Assembly: GCA_033549325.1 (NCBI GenBank)
Contig: JAWSUU010000001.1
Span: 1-62,648, forward strand
Direction: 5' to 3'
From: Bacillota bacterium
GTDB lineage: Bacteria; Bacillota; Clostridia; Tissierellales; Dethiosulfatibacteraceae
Length of the DNA stretch: 62,648 bases
The notes beneath the pieces were generated by a model. That model was not told where the DNA came from. It ran no database searches and was given only the letters and a program-made list of their open reading frames with translations. This document shows positions 17,923-27,977 of this stretch, in pieces. A program made the translations under genes and the position numbers. The stretch's first letter is position 1, and the number at the start of each line of letters is the position of its first letter.

Positions 17923-18990
17923 CTAGCCATCCGTTTTTCTTCTTCTTAAAGTTTTTCTTTTTATATCATATAGTATATCGTCGCTTTTGCTGTATATGCT
18001 TTCTATACTATTTCCATCTTCCGGATATTTTGCTACGCCCCAGGAAAACCCACATTTAAAATTTTTTCCTGAATCTATGTTTATACCCTTTGATTTGCAT
18101 CTTTTGTAAAATTCTTTAAGTATATTTTCTATTTCTTTTTTGTTTTTATTTTCAAATATCAATGCAAATTCATCTCCACCTAATCTTATCGGTTCGTGGG
18201 ATGAATCTAATTTTTTTAAACTTTTTGCATAGGATTTAATAACCTCATCCCCTATTAGATGACCGTACCTATCATTGATTTCCTTGAAATTATTCAAATC
18301 AATTTGGACCATATAAAATGATTCTTTATTTTTAATTTTTTTATCCAAATAATTATACATACTGCTTCTATTTCCAAGTCTAGTAAGATAATCATGGTTT
18401 GATAAAAATTTTATTTCGTCTATCATCATAAATCTTTCAAGTATCATTTCCACTATTCCTGCTATATAATCCATAATAGTTTTATGAAATTCTGAAAAAG
18501 GTGCCAAATTTGTACTGTCAATATTTATGGAGCCATATCTTTGCTCTTTTACAAATAATGGAGCACTTATAGTAGATTTCATTAATTCGCCTTTATCCGT
18601 ATATATCTTGTTTAAAAGTCTATCTTCATTTTTATTAATTAATTTTATCAAGTCCTGTATTATTACAGTGGATTTGTAATTATCTTCACTTACTCTAAAA
18701 TGAAAAGTATCTTCTGGTTTTACCCTAACATTCTTTGCATTTTTATCTAGACCTATAATTATTTTAGGAGTCATATAACCTGAATCTTCATCCAAAAGAA
18801 GAATAGAACCGCTTTTTGAAACATCAAGTATTTTTATAGCATTAACAAGAATTTTTTCAAGTAATTTATCAATATTATCGTAGTGTATCACTTCCAAAGA
18901 AGTTTCCAATAAAAAATCTTTAACTTGGCTGATTTTTTCCCTTTCTTCTCTGCTTTCTTTTGCTTCAAATATCTTTTCTGAAGTTATCAT
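17923..18990 (-). CDS. GAF-domain diguanylate cyclase (GGDEF)
   Basis: 355 aa. The C-terminal GGDEF domain has an intact RLGGDEFALIF active site. N-terminal GAF-like sensor region. No RxxD I-site at the canonical position. Confidence 0.8.
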   Translation of the reverse strand: MITSEKIFEAKESREEREKISQVKDFLLETSLEVIHYDNIDKLLEKILVNAIKILDVSKSGSILLLDEDSGYMTPKIIIGLDKNAKNVRVKPEDTFHFRVSEDNYKSTVIIQDLIKLINKNEDRLLNKIYTDKGELMKSTISAPLFVKEQRYGSINIDSTNLAPFSEFHKTIMDYIAGIVEMILERFMMIDEIKFLSNHDYLTRLGNRSSMYNYLDKKIKNKESFYMVQIDLNNFKEINDRYGHLIGDEVIKSYAKSLKKLDSSHEPIRLGGDEFALIFENKNKKEIENILKEFYKRCKSKGINIDSGKNFKCGFSWGVAKYPEDGNSIESIYSKSDDILYDIKRKTLRRRKTDG

Positions 18991-19044
18991 TTTTATCTCC
19001 TTAAGTTAATTGTATCTATAATATCATTTGGGTATATGTATATC

Positions 19045-19095
19045 AAGAAAAAATACACCTAAGTTACTGAATAAGTCAATAACCAAGGTGTATTT
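19045..19095 (-). terminator. probable terminator after leuS
   Basis: ATACACCT (19053..19060) pairs with AGGTGTAT (19086..19093). A U-tract is supplied by the + strand A-run at 19048..19052. The loop is unusually large (25 nt). Confidence 0.5.
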
Positions 19096-19103
19096 CAAAG
19101 TTT

Positions 19104-21515
19104 TTATTTGACAACTATGTTGTAAATTCTTCCCGGTACATATATTTCTTTTATGATTTTTTTTCCTACAATAAATTCTTTAATATTTTCATCCTGATAT
19201 ACTTTCTCTTTTACTATCTCTTTATTAGCATCTTTCGAAACATCTATCTTGGATCTTACCTTGCCGTTAATCTGAATAGGTATTTCTATTACATCTTCTA
19301 CCGTCTTTTCTTCTTCCCATTTTGGCCAAGATGTCTGGTTCAACATTCCTTGATAGTTTTGTATCTTCCAAATTTCTTCTGTAATATGAGGTGCTATAGG
19401 GTTTAACACAACTAATAAATCTTTTAATTCATCTACTGTAACTTCACCATTGTCGTAAAATTCATTTACTAAACTCATCATAGCTGCAACAGCAGTATTA
19501 AACTTCATATCTTCATAATCTTCCGTTACTTTTTTAATTGTTTTGTGCATCCAAATTTCTAATTCCTTCGAGTATCCTTTTTTATCAACAAGCATATCCT
19601 GTAGATTCCAAACTCTGTCCAAGAATCTTTTACATCCTTTCACTGAACTATCGGACCATGGCGCAGGTTTTTCGTAATCCCCTATAAACATAATATATGT
19701 TCTTAAGGTATCTGCCCCAAATTCGTCTATAATATCATTAGGATTTACTACATTACCTCTAGATTTAGACATTTTTTCTCCATCTCCGCCTAAAATCAAT
19801 CCTTGAGCAGTTCTTTTCGCATAAGGTTCCTTTACAGGTACTTCACCTATATCATACAAAAATCTATGCCAAAATCTTGAATATATTAAATGTCTAGTTA
19901 CATGCTCCATTCCGCCGTTGTACCAATCTACTGGAAGCCAGTAATTTAATTTTTCTTTTGATGCTATTGCATTGTCATTTCGAGGATCAATATATCTTAA
20001 AAAGTACCAGCTAGATCCAGCCCATTGAGGCATTGTGTCAGTTTCTCTTTTAGCCGGACCACCGCATTTTGGACAGTTAGTATTTACCCATTCATCTATC
20101 TCAGCTAAAGGTGACTCTCCTGTATCTGTTGGTTGATATTTTTCTACTTTAGGCAGTTCCAATGGCAGCTCTTTTTCCGGTACCGGTACAGAGCCACATT
20201 TATCACAGTGTATAATTGGAATAGGTTCTCCCCAATACCTCTGCCTGTTAAAAGCCCAATCTTTCATTTTATAATTAACAGTTCTTTTACCTAAATCTTC
20301 ATCTTCTAAGAATTCCATCATTTTATCAATTGCAGGTTTAACTTTCATTCCGTTTATTAATTCTGAATTTATTAAAATACCATCTTCTGTATCTGTATAG
20401 GCTTCCTTTTCAATATCTCCACCTTTTATTACTTCTATTATTGGTATATCAAATTTCTTTGCAAATTCCCAGTCTCTTGTATCATGTCCAGGCACTGCCA
20501 TTATAGCTCCTGTACCGTATCCCATCATTACATAGTCTGATATCCATATAGGTATTTCTTCATTATTTACAGGATTAATAGCTTTAATTCCTTTTATCTC
20601 AACTCCTGTTTTATCCTTTGCGAGTTGTATTCTTTCAAATTCTGTTTTCTTTTTTGCTTCATCCTGATAATTATGTATTTCCTTATGATTATCTATTTTA
20701 TCATGAAGTTGGTCTAATAGAGGATGTTCTGGAGCTATTACCATGAATGTAGCACCGTATAATGTGTCTGGTCTGGTTGTAAATACTTCAAGCTCTTTAT
20801 CGGTATCCTTAACTTTAAATTTTACTTCAGTACCGTAAGATCTACCTATCCAATTTTCCTGTTCTAATTTAATTCTTGATGGAAAGTCAACTTCATTGAG
20901 TCCATCTAAGAGCTTATCAGCATATTCTCTAATCTTTAAAAACCAAACATCCTTTTCCAACTGTACAACTTCCTCACCACATCTGTCGCATTTACCATCT
21001 CTAAAATCTTCATTGGCTAATACAACCTTACAGCCACTGCAGAAATTAACATGAGTCGTATCTTTAAAGGCTAAACCTTCTTCGAACAACTTTATAAATA
21101 TCCATTGTGTCCATTTATAATAGTCAGGTTGAGTAGTATCAACTGTTCTATCCCAATCAAAGGAGTACCCAATATTTTTAAGCTGCTGTGTAAAAACTTC
21201 TATATTTTTATCAGTAACTTTCCTTGGATGTTCTCCTGTTTGTATAGCATAATTTTCTGTTGGTAAGCCAAAGGCATCAAAGCCAATTGGAAACATAACA
21301 TTATATCCTTCCAATCTTCTTTTTCTTGAGATAACTTCTAATGAAGTATATGCCCTAACGTGACCAACATGTAATCCAATACCTGATGGATACGGGAATT
21401 CTACTAAAGAATAGAATTTTTCTTTATCTGAATTATCTTCTGCTTTAAATGTATTTTCTTCTTCCCAAATTTTTTGCCACTTTTTTTCAATTTCTTGCGG
21501 ATTATATGATTTCAT
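19104..21515 (-). CDS. leuS: leucine--tRNA ligase
   Basis: 803 aa. HIGH-type motif (GLHVGH), KMSKS motif and an editing-domain insertion. Confidence 0.95.
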   Translation of the reverse strand: MKSYNPQEIEKKWQKIWEEENTFKAEDNSDKEKFYSLVEFPYPSGIGLHVGHVRAYTSLEVISRKRRLEGYNVMFPIGFDAFGLPTENYAIQTGEHPRKVTDKNIEVFTQQLKNIGYSFDWDRTVDTTQPDYYKWTQWIFIKLFEEGLAFKDTTHVNFCSGCKVVLANEDFRDGKCDRCGEEVVQLEKDVWFLKIREYADKLLDGLNEVDFPSRIKLEQENWIGRSYGTEVKFKVKDTDKELEVFTTRPDTLYGATFMVIAPEHPLLDQLHDKIDNHKEIHNYQDEAKKKTEFERIQLAKDKTGVEIKGIKAINPVNNEEIPIWISDYVMMGYGTGAIMAVPGHDTRDWEFAKKFDIPIIEVIKGGDIEKEAYTDTEDGILINSELINGMKVKPAIDKMMEFLEDEDLGKRTVNYKMKDWAFNRQRYWGEPIPIIHCDKCGSVPVPEKELPLELPKVEKYQPTDTGESPLAEIDEWVNTNCPKCGGPAKRETDTMPQWAGSSWYFLRYIDPRNDNAIASKEKLNYWLPVDWYNGGMEHVTRHLIYSRFWHRFLYDIGEVPVKEPYAKRTAQGLILGGDGEKMSKSRGNVVNPNDIIDEFGADTLRTYIMFIGDYEKPAPWSDSSVKGCKRFLDRVWNLQDMLVDKKGYSKELEIWMHKTIKKVTEDYEDMKFNTAVAAMMSLVNEFYDNGEVTVDELKDLLVVLNPIAPHITEEIWKIQNYQGMLNQTSWPKWEEEKTVEDVIEIPIQINGKVRSKIDVSKDANKEIVKEKVYQDENIKEFIVGKKIIKEIYVPGRIYNIVVK

Positions 21516-21568
21516 AATTACTGAGCCTCACCTATCTTTATTTATTTCTTTTTATCGTCATAAAAAGT

Positions 21569-21597
21569 ATTATACCAAAGAGATTATTATTTTTCAA
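21569..21597 (-). promoter_or_regulatory. sigma-A-type promoter of leuS
   Basis: Reverse strand: TTGAAA (21597..21592), 17 nt spacer, TATAAT (21574..21569). This leaves a leader of only about 45 nt. Confidence 0.6.
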
Positions 21598-21608
21598 TTA
21601 ATAGTAAA

Positions 21609-22205
21609 TTACATGCTGTCATTATATATAGCATAATGTATATGGTCTCTCCATTTATTGTTTATATTTAGGTATCTTTTTGAATACCCTTCCTTTTCAA
21701 AACCTACTTTTTCAACTACTCTAATAGAACGTAAGTTTTCCGGAATAATATTTGCTTCAACTCTGTGTAGTTTATATTCATGGAATATTATAGAAATACC
21801 TCTTTTTACAGCCTCTGTAGTATAACCTTTATTTATTTCATCTTTATCAAGTTTATAGCCTAAGAAACAGGATAAAAAGTTACCGTAAATTATGTTACTA
21901 AAGCAGATACTACCGATTACTTTTTCTTCATAATCTTTTTTATAAATCCAGAGTCTTAGTTTTGACTTGTCTTTAAATTCCAAATATTCTTCTTTCAATA
22001 ATTCCTGTTGATATTCATAAGTATAAAAATTGTCTCCTCGTTTTGGTTCCCAGTCTTCCAGAAATTCTTTATTTCTTAGATAATAATCAAGAACTTCCTG
22101 AGCTTCATGAGGTTTCAATACTTTTAATATTAACCTTTCTGAAGTATATATTTTTTTAATATTGGCTTTTTTTCTAAGTTTTGTCAATTCATTTAATATA
22201 TTCAT
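21609..22205 (-). CDS. GNAT family N-acetyltransferase (RimJ/RimL-like)
   Basis: 198 aa. Acetyltransferase core (HRVEANIIPENLRSIRVVEKVGFEKEG). Confidence 0.75.
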   Translation of the reverse strand: MNILNELTKLRKKANIKKIYTSERLILKVLKPHEAQEVLDYYLRNKEFLEDWEPKRGDNFYTYEYQQELLKEEYLEFKDKSKLRLWIYKKDYEEKVIGSICFSNIIYGNFLSCFLGYKLDKDEINKGYTTEAVKRGISIIFHEYKLHRVEANIIPENLRSIRVVEKVGFEKEGYSKRYLNINNKWRDHIHYAIYNDSM

Positions 22206-22263
22206 AGTTACCTCTCATAAATTTATACTTTCAATTTTACTATGAAAACAACTACTTATCAAT

Positions 22264-22295
22264 AAGAACTCCCGGAATTTATTCCGGGAGTTCTT
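22264..22295 (-). terminator. perfect 15-bp-arm hairpin one nt after the glutamine synthetase stop (terminator-like, no clear U-tract)
   Basis: AAGAACTCCCGGAAT tt ATTCCGGGAGTTCTT. Confidence 0.5.
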
Positions 22296-22296
22296 A

Positions 22297-24186
22297 CTAT
22301 ACAATATTTCTTTTATATTCAGTATACTTGTTTCTAACAATCGTCATTTTATCATTCATTTCTTTTTGTTTAGCTGATGCCGCTTCGTAGTCTTTGATTT
22401 TTATAGCATTTGCTATAGTTGTAAATAGAGATAGTTTTGAGGTACTATCTTTCATCAACTCTACTCTCAGAGTATTTATTTTTTCCCAGTTTATTACGTC
22501 AAGATCTGTTGCTAAATCTGTATGAAGTTTTTTAAAACTTCTTAGTATTTCTATATTATTAGGAATTATTCGCCCTATAAGTTCATTAGACCATTTATCT
22601 AAAATTACCATTTTATATGATCTTATTAGATCTTCTGTAAAAGCTCCCTCTTCTTTAAGTAGATTTACTCGAATTCCACCGTTGTTTAAATTTTCTAAGT
22701 TTTCCCAAACTGTTGCTGGAGCACTTCCGAAAAGTTTATCTCTTTCATCCTGTGTATAGTGCTCGAATACATCTTTTTCACTTCTATATGCTTTTTCTTT
22801 TTCTAAATAAAAAACGTCTTCACCAGGTTTTTTAGAAATTATATCTTCAAGTTCTTTTTCGGATAATCCTTCCTTTACAACCGCTGTTATCCCATCTAAT
22901 GCGGCTTGATATGTAGCTGCTATTACAAGATATGTATTTGAAAGTGGATTTGGAGCTCTTAATTCAATCCTTGTAGCTAATTTATTAGTCATATCTCTGA
23001 TTACCCCTAAAAGAACAGATCTATTTCTAGAAGGAATTATCTTACTATTTCCAAGAGATGTAACTGTACATACCGGTGCTTCAAATCCAGGTTTTAATCT
23101 ATTAAAGGAATCATTAGTAGACGATACAAAAGGGTTAACAATGTCATAATGTCTCAAAATTCCCATCAAAGCTCCGTATCCTATTTCACTTAAAAACTCT
23201 TTTTTCATATCTACTGGTGTAAATAGATTTATTACCTTACCATTTTTAAGTTTTACAGCTGCACCTATATGGGTGTGTTCTCCATTTCCAGCAACTCCTT
23301 CTAAAGGTTTCGCCATAAATGTAACCTCCAACCCGTGCCTTCTAAAAACATCTTCTATTACTTCTCTTGCTACAATCTCATTGTCTGCGGTCTGTAATGC
23401 TGTAGAATATTTCCAGTCTATCTCCAGTTGTTCCATTACGTATTTTAATTTTCCAGTTGTACCAACTTTATTAGCAATACCACCTACTTCTTTATGACCC
23501 ATTTCAGGTTCAAGACCGTAGTTTTCTAGTTCTTCTATTGATTTCTCTAATACAGTTCTTACTAATCCAGTTGTCCTTTTCCAGTACTGTTCTTTTAATG
23601 TTTGAGATGTAGATAAAGCTTCAATATCCGCCTTATCGTCCGGTGTCTGAACCCACAATTCCAGTTCGGTAGCTGATGTTAATAGAACTTTTTCTATTTC
23701 ATCATATTTAAATCCGTATTTTTGTGCTAATTCAGGCTTTTCTTCCAAAAGTTTAATTATTTTATTTTCAAAGCCTTCCATAGTTCTTTTCAGAATTGAT
23801 CTTGAACATACCATTTTTTCATTATGAATTAGAAAAGATGGAATTCTTAAAGTTCCTACAGGTTTTCCATTTATGTCGCAATAATAATCATAATTGTAGT
23901 CAATAAACCATCTAACTTCTTTGTCCGGTACTAAATCCACTCTAGCATTATCTAGTGTAGCTATACTCTGAAGTTCAACAGACGATCCATCTGTTTGTAT
24001 TCCTATTTCAAGCATTTCATCCATATCTTTAATGAACATTGATATAGGAATTTTTTCGTCAGTTCCATTTCCACCTATGTCGATACCCATAAGAGAGACG
24101 AACTTTATTTCCGGGTGGTCATTAAGTATTTTTGTAAGGTTTACTTTGTTTTGGTCCTTTGTTTCAATGTAAAATACTCGTTTCAT
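22297..24186 (-). CDS. glutamine synthetase family protein, long (type III-like) form
   Basis: Start moved to ATG 24186 (MKRVFY...), 8 nt after GGAGGA. GS catalytic signature KPLEGVAGNGEHTHIG and downstream ATP/glutamate-binding blocks. About 629 aa, longer than type I enzymes. Confidence 0.7.
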   Translation of the reverse strand: MKRVFYIETKDQNKVNLTKILNDHPEIKFVSLMGIDIGGNGTDEKIPISMFIKDMDEMLEIGIQTDGSSVELQSIATLDNARVDLVPDKEVRWFIDYNYDYYCDINGKPVGTLRIPSFLIHNEKMVCSRSILKRTMEGFENKIIKLLEEKPELAQKYGFKYDEIEKVLLTSATELELWVQTPDDKADIEALSTSQTLKEQYWKRTTGLVRTVLEKSIEELENYGLEPEMGHKEVGGIANKVGTTGKLKYVMEQLEIDWKYSTALQTADNEIVAREVIEDVFRRHGLEVTFMAKPLEGVAGNGEHTHIGAAVKLKNGKVINLFTPVDMKKEFLSEIGYGALMGILRHYDIVNPFVSSTNDSFNRLKPGFEAPVCTVTSLGNSKIIPSRNRSVLLGVIRDMTNKLATRIELRAPNPLSNTYLVIAATYQAALDGITAVVKEGLSEKELEDIISKKPGEDVFYLEKEKAYRSEKDVFEHYTQDERDKLFGSAPATVWENLENLNNGGIRVNLLKEEGAFTEDLIRSYKMVILDKWSNELIGRIIPNNIEILRSFKKLHTDLATDLDVINWEKINTLRVELMKDSTSKLSLFTTIANAIKIKDYEAASAKQKEMNDKMTIVRNKYTEYKRNIV

Positions 24187-24332
24187 AAATTTATCCTCCT
24201 GTTTGAAATTATGCATAATATATTATCAGAATATTCGTGTTTTTACAAGATAATTTAATACAGGAAAATGTTTTTCAATGATAATATTTTTCTTATCTAA
24301 TTTTACGAACATTTTTATTTTTTTATATTTTT

Positions 24333-25076
24333 TTATTCGCTGTATAAATCCATTAATTTTTTAAATGTTTCACCAATAAGCTCTCTAATTGTAAGATTTG
24401 CACTACTGTCGAAATTTGTCGGTGTCTTATTTATTAATACAAGATTATCTCCTTTAAAATATCTTATTAATCCAGCCGCAGGATGAACTACTAAAGAACT
24501 TCCCCCTACTATTAATGTATCAGCATTTAAAATATGATTTACTGCCTTTTCTATTACATCTGTATCTAATCCTTCTCCGTATAAAACAACATCCGGTCTT
24601 ATATTGCCTCCACATTTTTTACACTTAGGTACATCTGTTTTGGACTTCATTATATAATCAAGTCCGTATTTTTCTCCACATACCATGCAGTAATTTTTAT
24701 ATACTGTACCATGGAGTTCTAAAACATTTTTACTACCAGCTTTTTGGTGCAAACCATCTATATTTTGAGTAATTATTGCTTTTAATTTATTCATTTTTTC
24801 CAATTGGGCTAGGCCTTTGTGAGCCCAATTAGGATTGGCTTCTTGATGTATTATATTTTCTTTGTGGTATTTGTAAAAAATATCCATATGTGATGTGAAA
24901 AAGTCAATACTTAATATTTCTTCAGGTGAATGATTATATATCTCTTCAGCTTTATATAAGCCTTCTTCAGACCTGAAATCTGGAATTCCACTTTCAGTTG
25001 ATACCCCTGCTCCACCAAAAAAAACAGTATATTTGCTATTATCAATTATGGTTTTTAAGTTTTTAATCTTTTTCAA
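24333..25076 (-). CDS. cobB: NAD-dependent protein deacylase (Sir2 family)
   Basis: 247 aa. GAGVSTESGIPDFRS NAD-binding motif, catalytic HG, and a CxxC...CxxC zinc module. Confidence 0.85.
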   Translation of the reverse strand: MKKIKNLKTIIDNSKYTVFFGGAGVSTESGIPDFRSEEGLYKAEEIYNHSPEEILSIDFFTSHMDIFYKYHKENIIHQEANPNWAHKGLAQLEKMNKLKAIITQNIDGLHQKAGSKNVLELHGTVYKNYCMVCGEKYGLDYIMKSKTDVPKCKKCGGNIRPDVVLYGEGLDTDVIEKAVNHILNADTLIVGGSSLVVHPAAGLIRYFKGDNLVLINKTPTNFDSSANLTIRELIGETFKKLMDLYSE

Positions 25077-25719
25077 TTACATCAACTCCATTAATATCTA
25101 AAATTTTCAGTAATTCTTTTGGGTTTTCAATTATATAATCAGGTTTATTTCTTTCAAGACTTTCTCTTGTATTATATCCCCAATCTACTGAAGCGATATG
25201 CACCTTCATATTATGAGATGATTTTATATCTCTAATTTCATCTCCTACATAAAGAATTTCATCATTTGAAAGCTTTAATTTTTTCATGACTTTTTTAATT
25301 TTTCTTTCTTTACCTGTAAGTCCTGAGTTGTATATAAATTCGAAGTAATGTGCGTCTTTATAGTTTAGAAATTTTCTAACATTCTTCTTAGAATTAGATG
25401 TAATAATACCCACTATATATCCGGATGCTTTTATTTTTCGTATTATTTCAGGCCAGTTTTCTCTACACCAATTTACTTCATCTATACTTGCATGAAGTCT
25501 CCTTCTACCTTTACGTATCATCCCGGGTATATTTCTTTTTTTTATATTCAAATGTTCAATAATTTCTGAGGCACTAAGTTTTTTTAATTTTCTCATTTCT
25601 TCTAAACTCAGTTTCTCAATTTTATATTTATCAGATATTTCTTGAAAAATTCTAAAATTAACTTTTTCAGTATCTGCTAAAGTTCCGTCAAAATCAAATA
25701 TGACACATTTATAGTTCAT
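25063..25719 (-). CDS. HAD-IA family hydrolase (phosphatase)
   Basis: 218 aa. Motif I DFDGTLADT and motif IV GDEIRD. Overlaps cobB by 14 nt. Confidence 0.75.
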   Translation of the reverse strand: MNYKCVIFDFDGTLADTEKVNFRIFQEISDKYKIEKLSLEEMRKLKKLSASEIIEHLNIKKRNIPGMIRKGRRRLHASIDEVNWCRENWPEIIRKIKASGYIVGIITSNSKKNVRKFLNYKDAHYFEFIYNSGLTGKERKIKKVMKKLKLSNDEILYVGDEIRDIKSSHNMKVHIASVDWGYNTRESLERNKPDYIIENPKELLKILDINGVDVIEKD

Positions 25720-25844
25720 TATATCACTCCAAAGTAATTTACTTTCTTATCTGCTTAGTATACACTATATTATAAACAATTAAAATAACATTGGCAAAAT
25801 CTTCCAAATAAGTTTATAATAGATATCTGTTAAGGAAGGTATGT

Positions 25845-26408
25845 ATGAATAAATTAAAAATTAAAGAAATAATAGTAGTCGAAGGCAAAGATGATATTTC
25901 TGCAGTAAAATCTGCTGTTGATTGTGAAGTTTTGGATACCAACGGCTTAGGACTTGATAAAGAAAAATTAAATATAATAATAGAAGCTTCAAAAAAACAA
26001 GGTATTATAATACTTACAGATCCGGATTACCCTGGAGAAAAAATCAGGAACATAGTAAGTAGTAAAGCTGAAAATGTAAAACATGCTTTTATTGAAAAAG
26101 AAAAGACTATAAAAGATGGAGATTTAGGCATAGAAAATGCTTCAAAAGAAGATATAATTAAAGCTATTATAAAAGCAAAACCTCTAGTTGAAGATGTTGA
26201 AGATGCTTTTACTATTAAAGATATGATGTATTATGGTTTGATCGGCATGGAAAACTCTTCAAAGAAGAGAGAAGAACTTGGTAATATACTGAATATAGGT
26301 TTTTGCTCCGCTAAAAAATTTTTGAAAAGAATAAATAGTTTTAAGATAGATAAAAAAATTCTAGAAAAAGCCCTTATAGATATAGAAAGAAGGTATGAAA
26401 ATGAATAA
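25845..26408 (+). CDS. rnmV: ribonuclease M5 (Toprim domain)
   Basis: 187 aa. IIVVEGKDD Toprim start and LTDPDYPGEKIR. The conserved rnmV-rsmA gene pair is present. Confidence 0.85.
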   Translation: MNKLKIKEIIVVEGKDDISAVKSAVDCEVLDTNGLGLDKEKLNIIIEASKKQGIIILTDPDYPGEKIRNIVSSKAENVKHAFIEKEKTIKDGDLGIENASKEDIIKAIIKAKPLVEDVEDAFTIKDMMYYGLIGMENSSKKREELGNILNIGFCSAKKFLKRINSFKIDKKILEKALIDIERRYENE

Positions 26409-27261
26409 TCTTTATTCGCCGACATATGTAAAGAAAATTTTTAAAAAATATAATTTTCGTTACAAAAAAAAGCTTGGCCAAAATTTTTTAATAGATAAAA
26501 ATATAAACGAAAAAATCATAGAAGCTGCATCTATAACAAAAGAAGATGTAGTAATTGAAATAGGACCGGGACTGGGAAATTTAACTCAAATACTATGTGA
26601 AAATGCAAAAGAAGTTATCTCAATAGAAATAGATGAAGAGTTTAGAAAAATCCACGAAGATATTTTACACTACGATAATTTAGAAATTATCTATGATGAT
26701 TTTATGAAAATAGATTTAAATAAAATTTTAGAACCATATAGTAAAAAAGAGATTAAGGTAGTTGCAAATCTTCCATATTATATTACAACTCCAATAATAA
26801 TGAAGCTCCTTGAAGAAAAATATCCTGTAAACAAAATTGTTGTAATGATTCAAAAAGAGGTAGCAGAAAGATTTGCTTCCCCTCCTGGAAACAAAGATTA
26901 CGGAGCTATAACCTTAGCAATAAACTATTATACAGAAACTCACTATGCCTTTACAGTACCTCCAAGTGTTTTTGTTCCTAGACCAAAGGTATCATCAGCA
27001 GTGGTTGTATTTGATGTGTTAGATAAACCAAAGTATAGAGTTTATTCCGAAGAAGTTTTATTTAATGTTATAAAGGGAGCTTTTGCTAAAAGAAGAAAGA
27101 CCTTTGTCAATTCTTTAAGCACTACTTTTCCCGAATATGACAAAGATAGTATAGTGAAAACTTTAGAGCATTTCAATCTAAACAAATCCATAAGAGGAGA
27201 AAAACTGTCTTTAGAGGAATTCGTTAAAATATCAAATTATTTGATGGAAATGATTCATTGA
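26395..27261 (+). CDS. rsmA: 16S rRNA (adenine1518/1519-N6)-dimethyltransferase
   Basis: 288 aa. KKLGQNFLID motif, SAM-binding VIEIGPGLGNLT, and NLPYYITTP. Confidence 0.9.
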   Translation: MKMNNLYSPTYVKKIFKKYNFRYKKKLGQNFLIDKNINEKIIEAASITKEDVVIEIGPGLGNLTQILCENAKEVISIEIDEEFRKIHEDILHYDNLEIIYDDFMKIDLNKILEPYSKKEIKVVANLPYYITTPIIMKLLEEKYPVNKIVVMIQKEVAERFASPPGNKDYGAITLAINYYTETHYAFTVPPSVFVPRPKVSSAVVVFDVLDKPKYRVYSEEVLFNVIKGAFAKRRKTFVNSLSTTFPEYDKDSIVKTLEHFNLNKSIRGEKLSLEEFVKISNYLMEMIH

Positions 27262-27316
27262 TTTATAAAAAAATTTTTGATATAATTTATTAAAATATAT
27301 TAAGTAGGAGATTTAT

Positions 27317-27931
27317 ATGGCTCAGCTGAGTACCCATTTACACTTTGCAAAATTAGTTTTAGAAAATATTCAAGATGATATAGAAGTCCCCCCCTTTTTG
27401 TTGGGGATAACTGCACCGGATACATATACTAACAACAAAACATATCTGAAATACCACTATATAAAAGATAGAGATAATGGTGATGATGATATAGATGTAC
27501 ATGAATTTTACGAAAAATTTAACTTCAAAAAATTATCAAAATCTTTAAAATGGTTTGTTGTCGGATATTATGCTCATCTTTGGTTTGATGAATACATAAA
27601 ATTTAATACTAATAGACTTACACTTAGAAACAATGAGGGTCTTGAAGATAAGGAATTATCACAATGTATTAAGGATCTATTTAAACATTATGATAGACAG
27701 ATTACCGAAGATTATTATGATGATACTATGAAAAATAACCTAGAGAATTTTAAACTTAATCTGAATTTAAAACCATTAAAGTTTATAAAAGTTGAAAAAT
27801 GTAAAGAAGTCCTTTTAACCGAATTATCCAAAGGACCTGTGAATGATATAAAAGAAGATTTAATCTATAAGGAAGATTATTTAGAATTAATAGACAACAG
27901 TGTAGTAAAATTTTTAAAATCATTAAATTAA
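27317..27931 (+). CDS. hypothetical protein (possibly a zinc-dependent phospholipase-C-like hydrolase fold)
   Basis: 204 aa. His-containing N-terminus (STHLHFAKL). RBS AGGAG upstream and a terminator downstream. Function not supportable from sequence alone. Confidence 0.4.
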   Translation: MAQLSTHLHFAKLVLENIQDDIEVPPFLLGITAPDTYTNNKTYLKYHYIKDRDNGDDDIDVHEFYEKFNFKKLSKSLKWFVVGYYAHLWFDEYIKFNTNRLTLRNNEGLEDKELSQCIKDLFKHYDRQITEDYYDDTMKNNLENFKLNLNLKPLKFIKVEKCKEVLLTELSKGPVNDIKEDLIYKEDYLELIDNSVVKFLKSLN

Positions 27932-27977
27932 CCTCCAAGCTTTGATTCAAATTTCAAAAGCCGGGAGGTTTTTTTTA
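27931..27977 (+). terminator. terminator between convergent genes (27317..27931 and tatD)
   Basis: ACCTCC...GCTTT / AAAGC...GGAGGT long hairpin followed by T8. Confidence 0.65.

Noticed and set aside
21516-21608. A T-box or other leader upstream of leuS.
   Set aside because: A consensus promoter at 21569..21597 leaves about 45 nt of leader. That leader has one small hairpin (CTTTTTAT-GACG-ATAAAAAG) and no T-box sequence.
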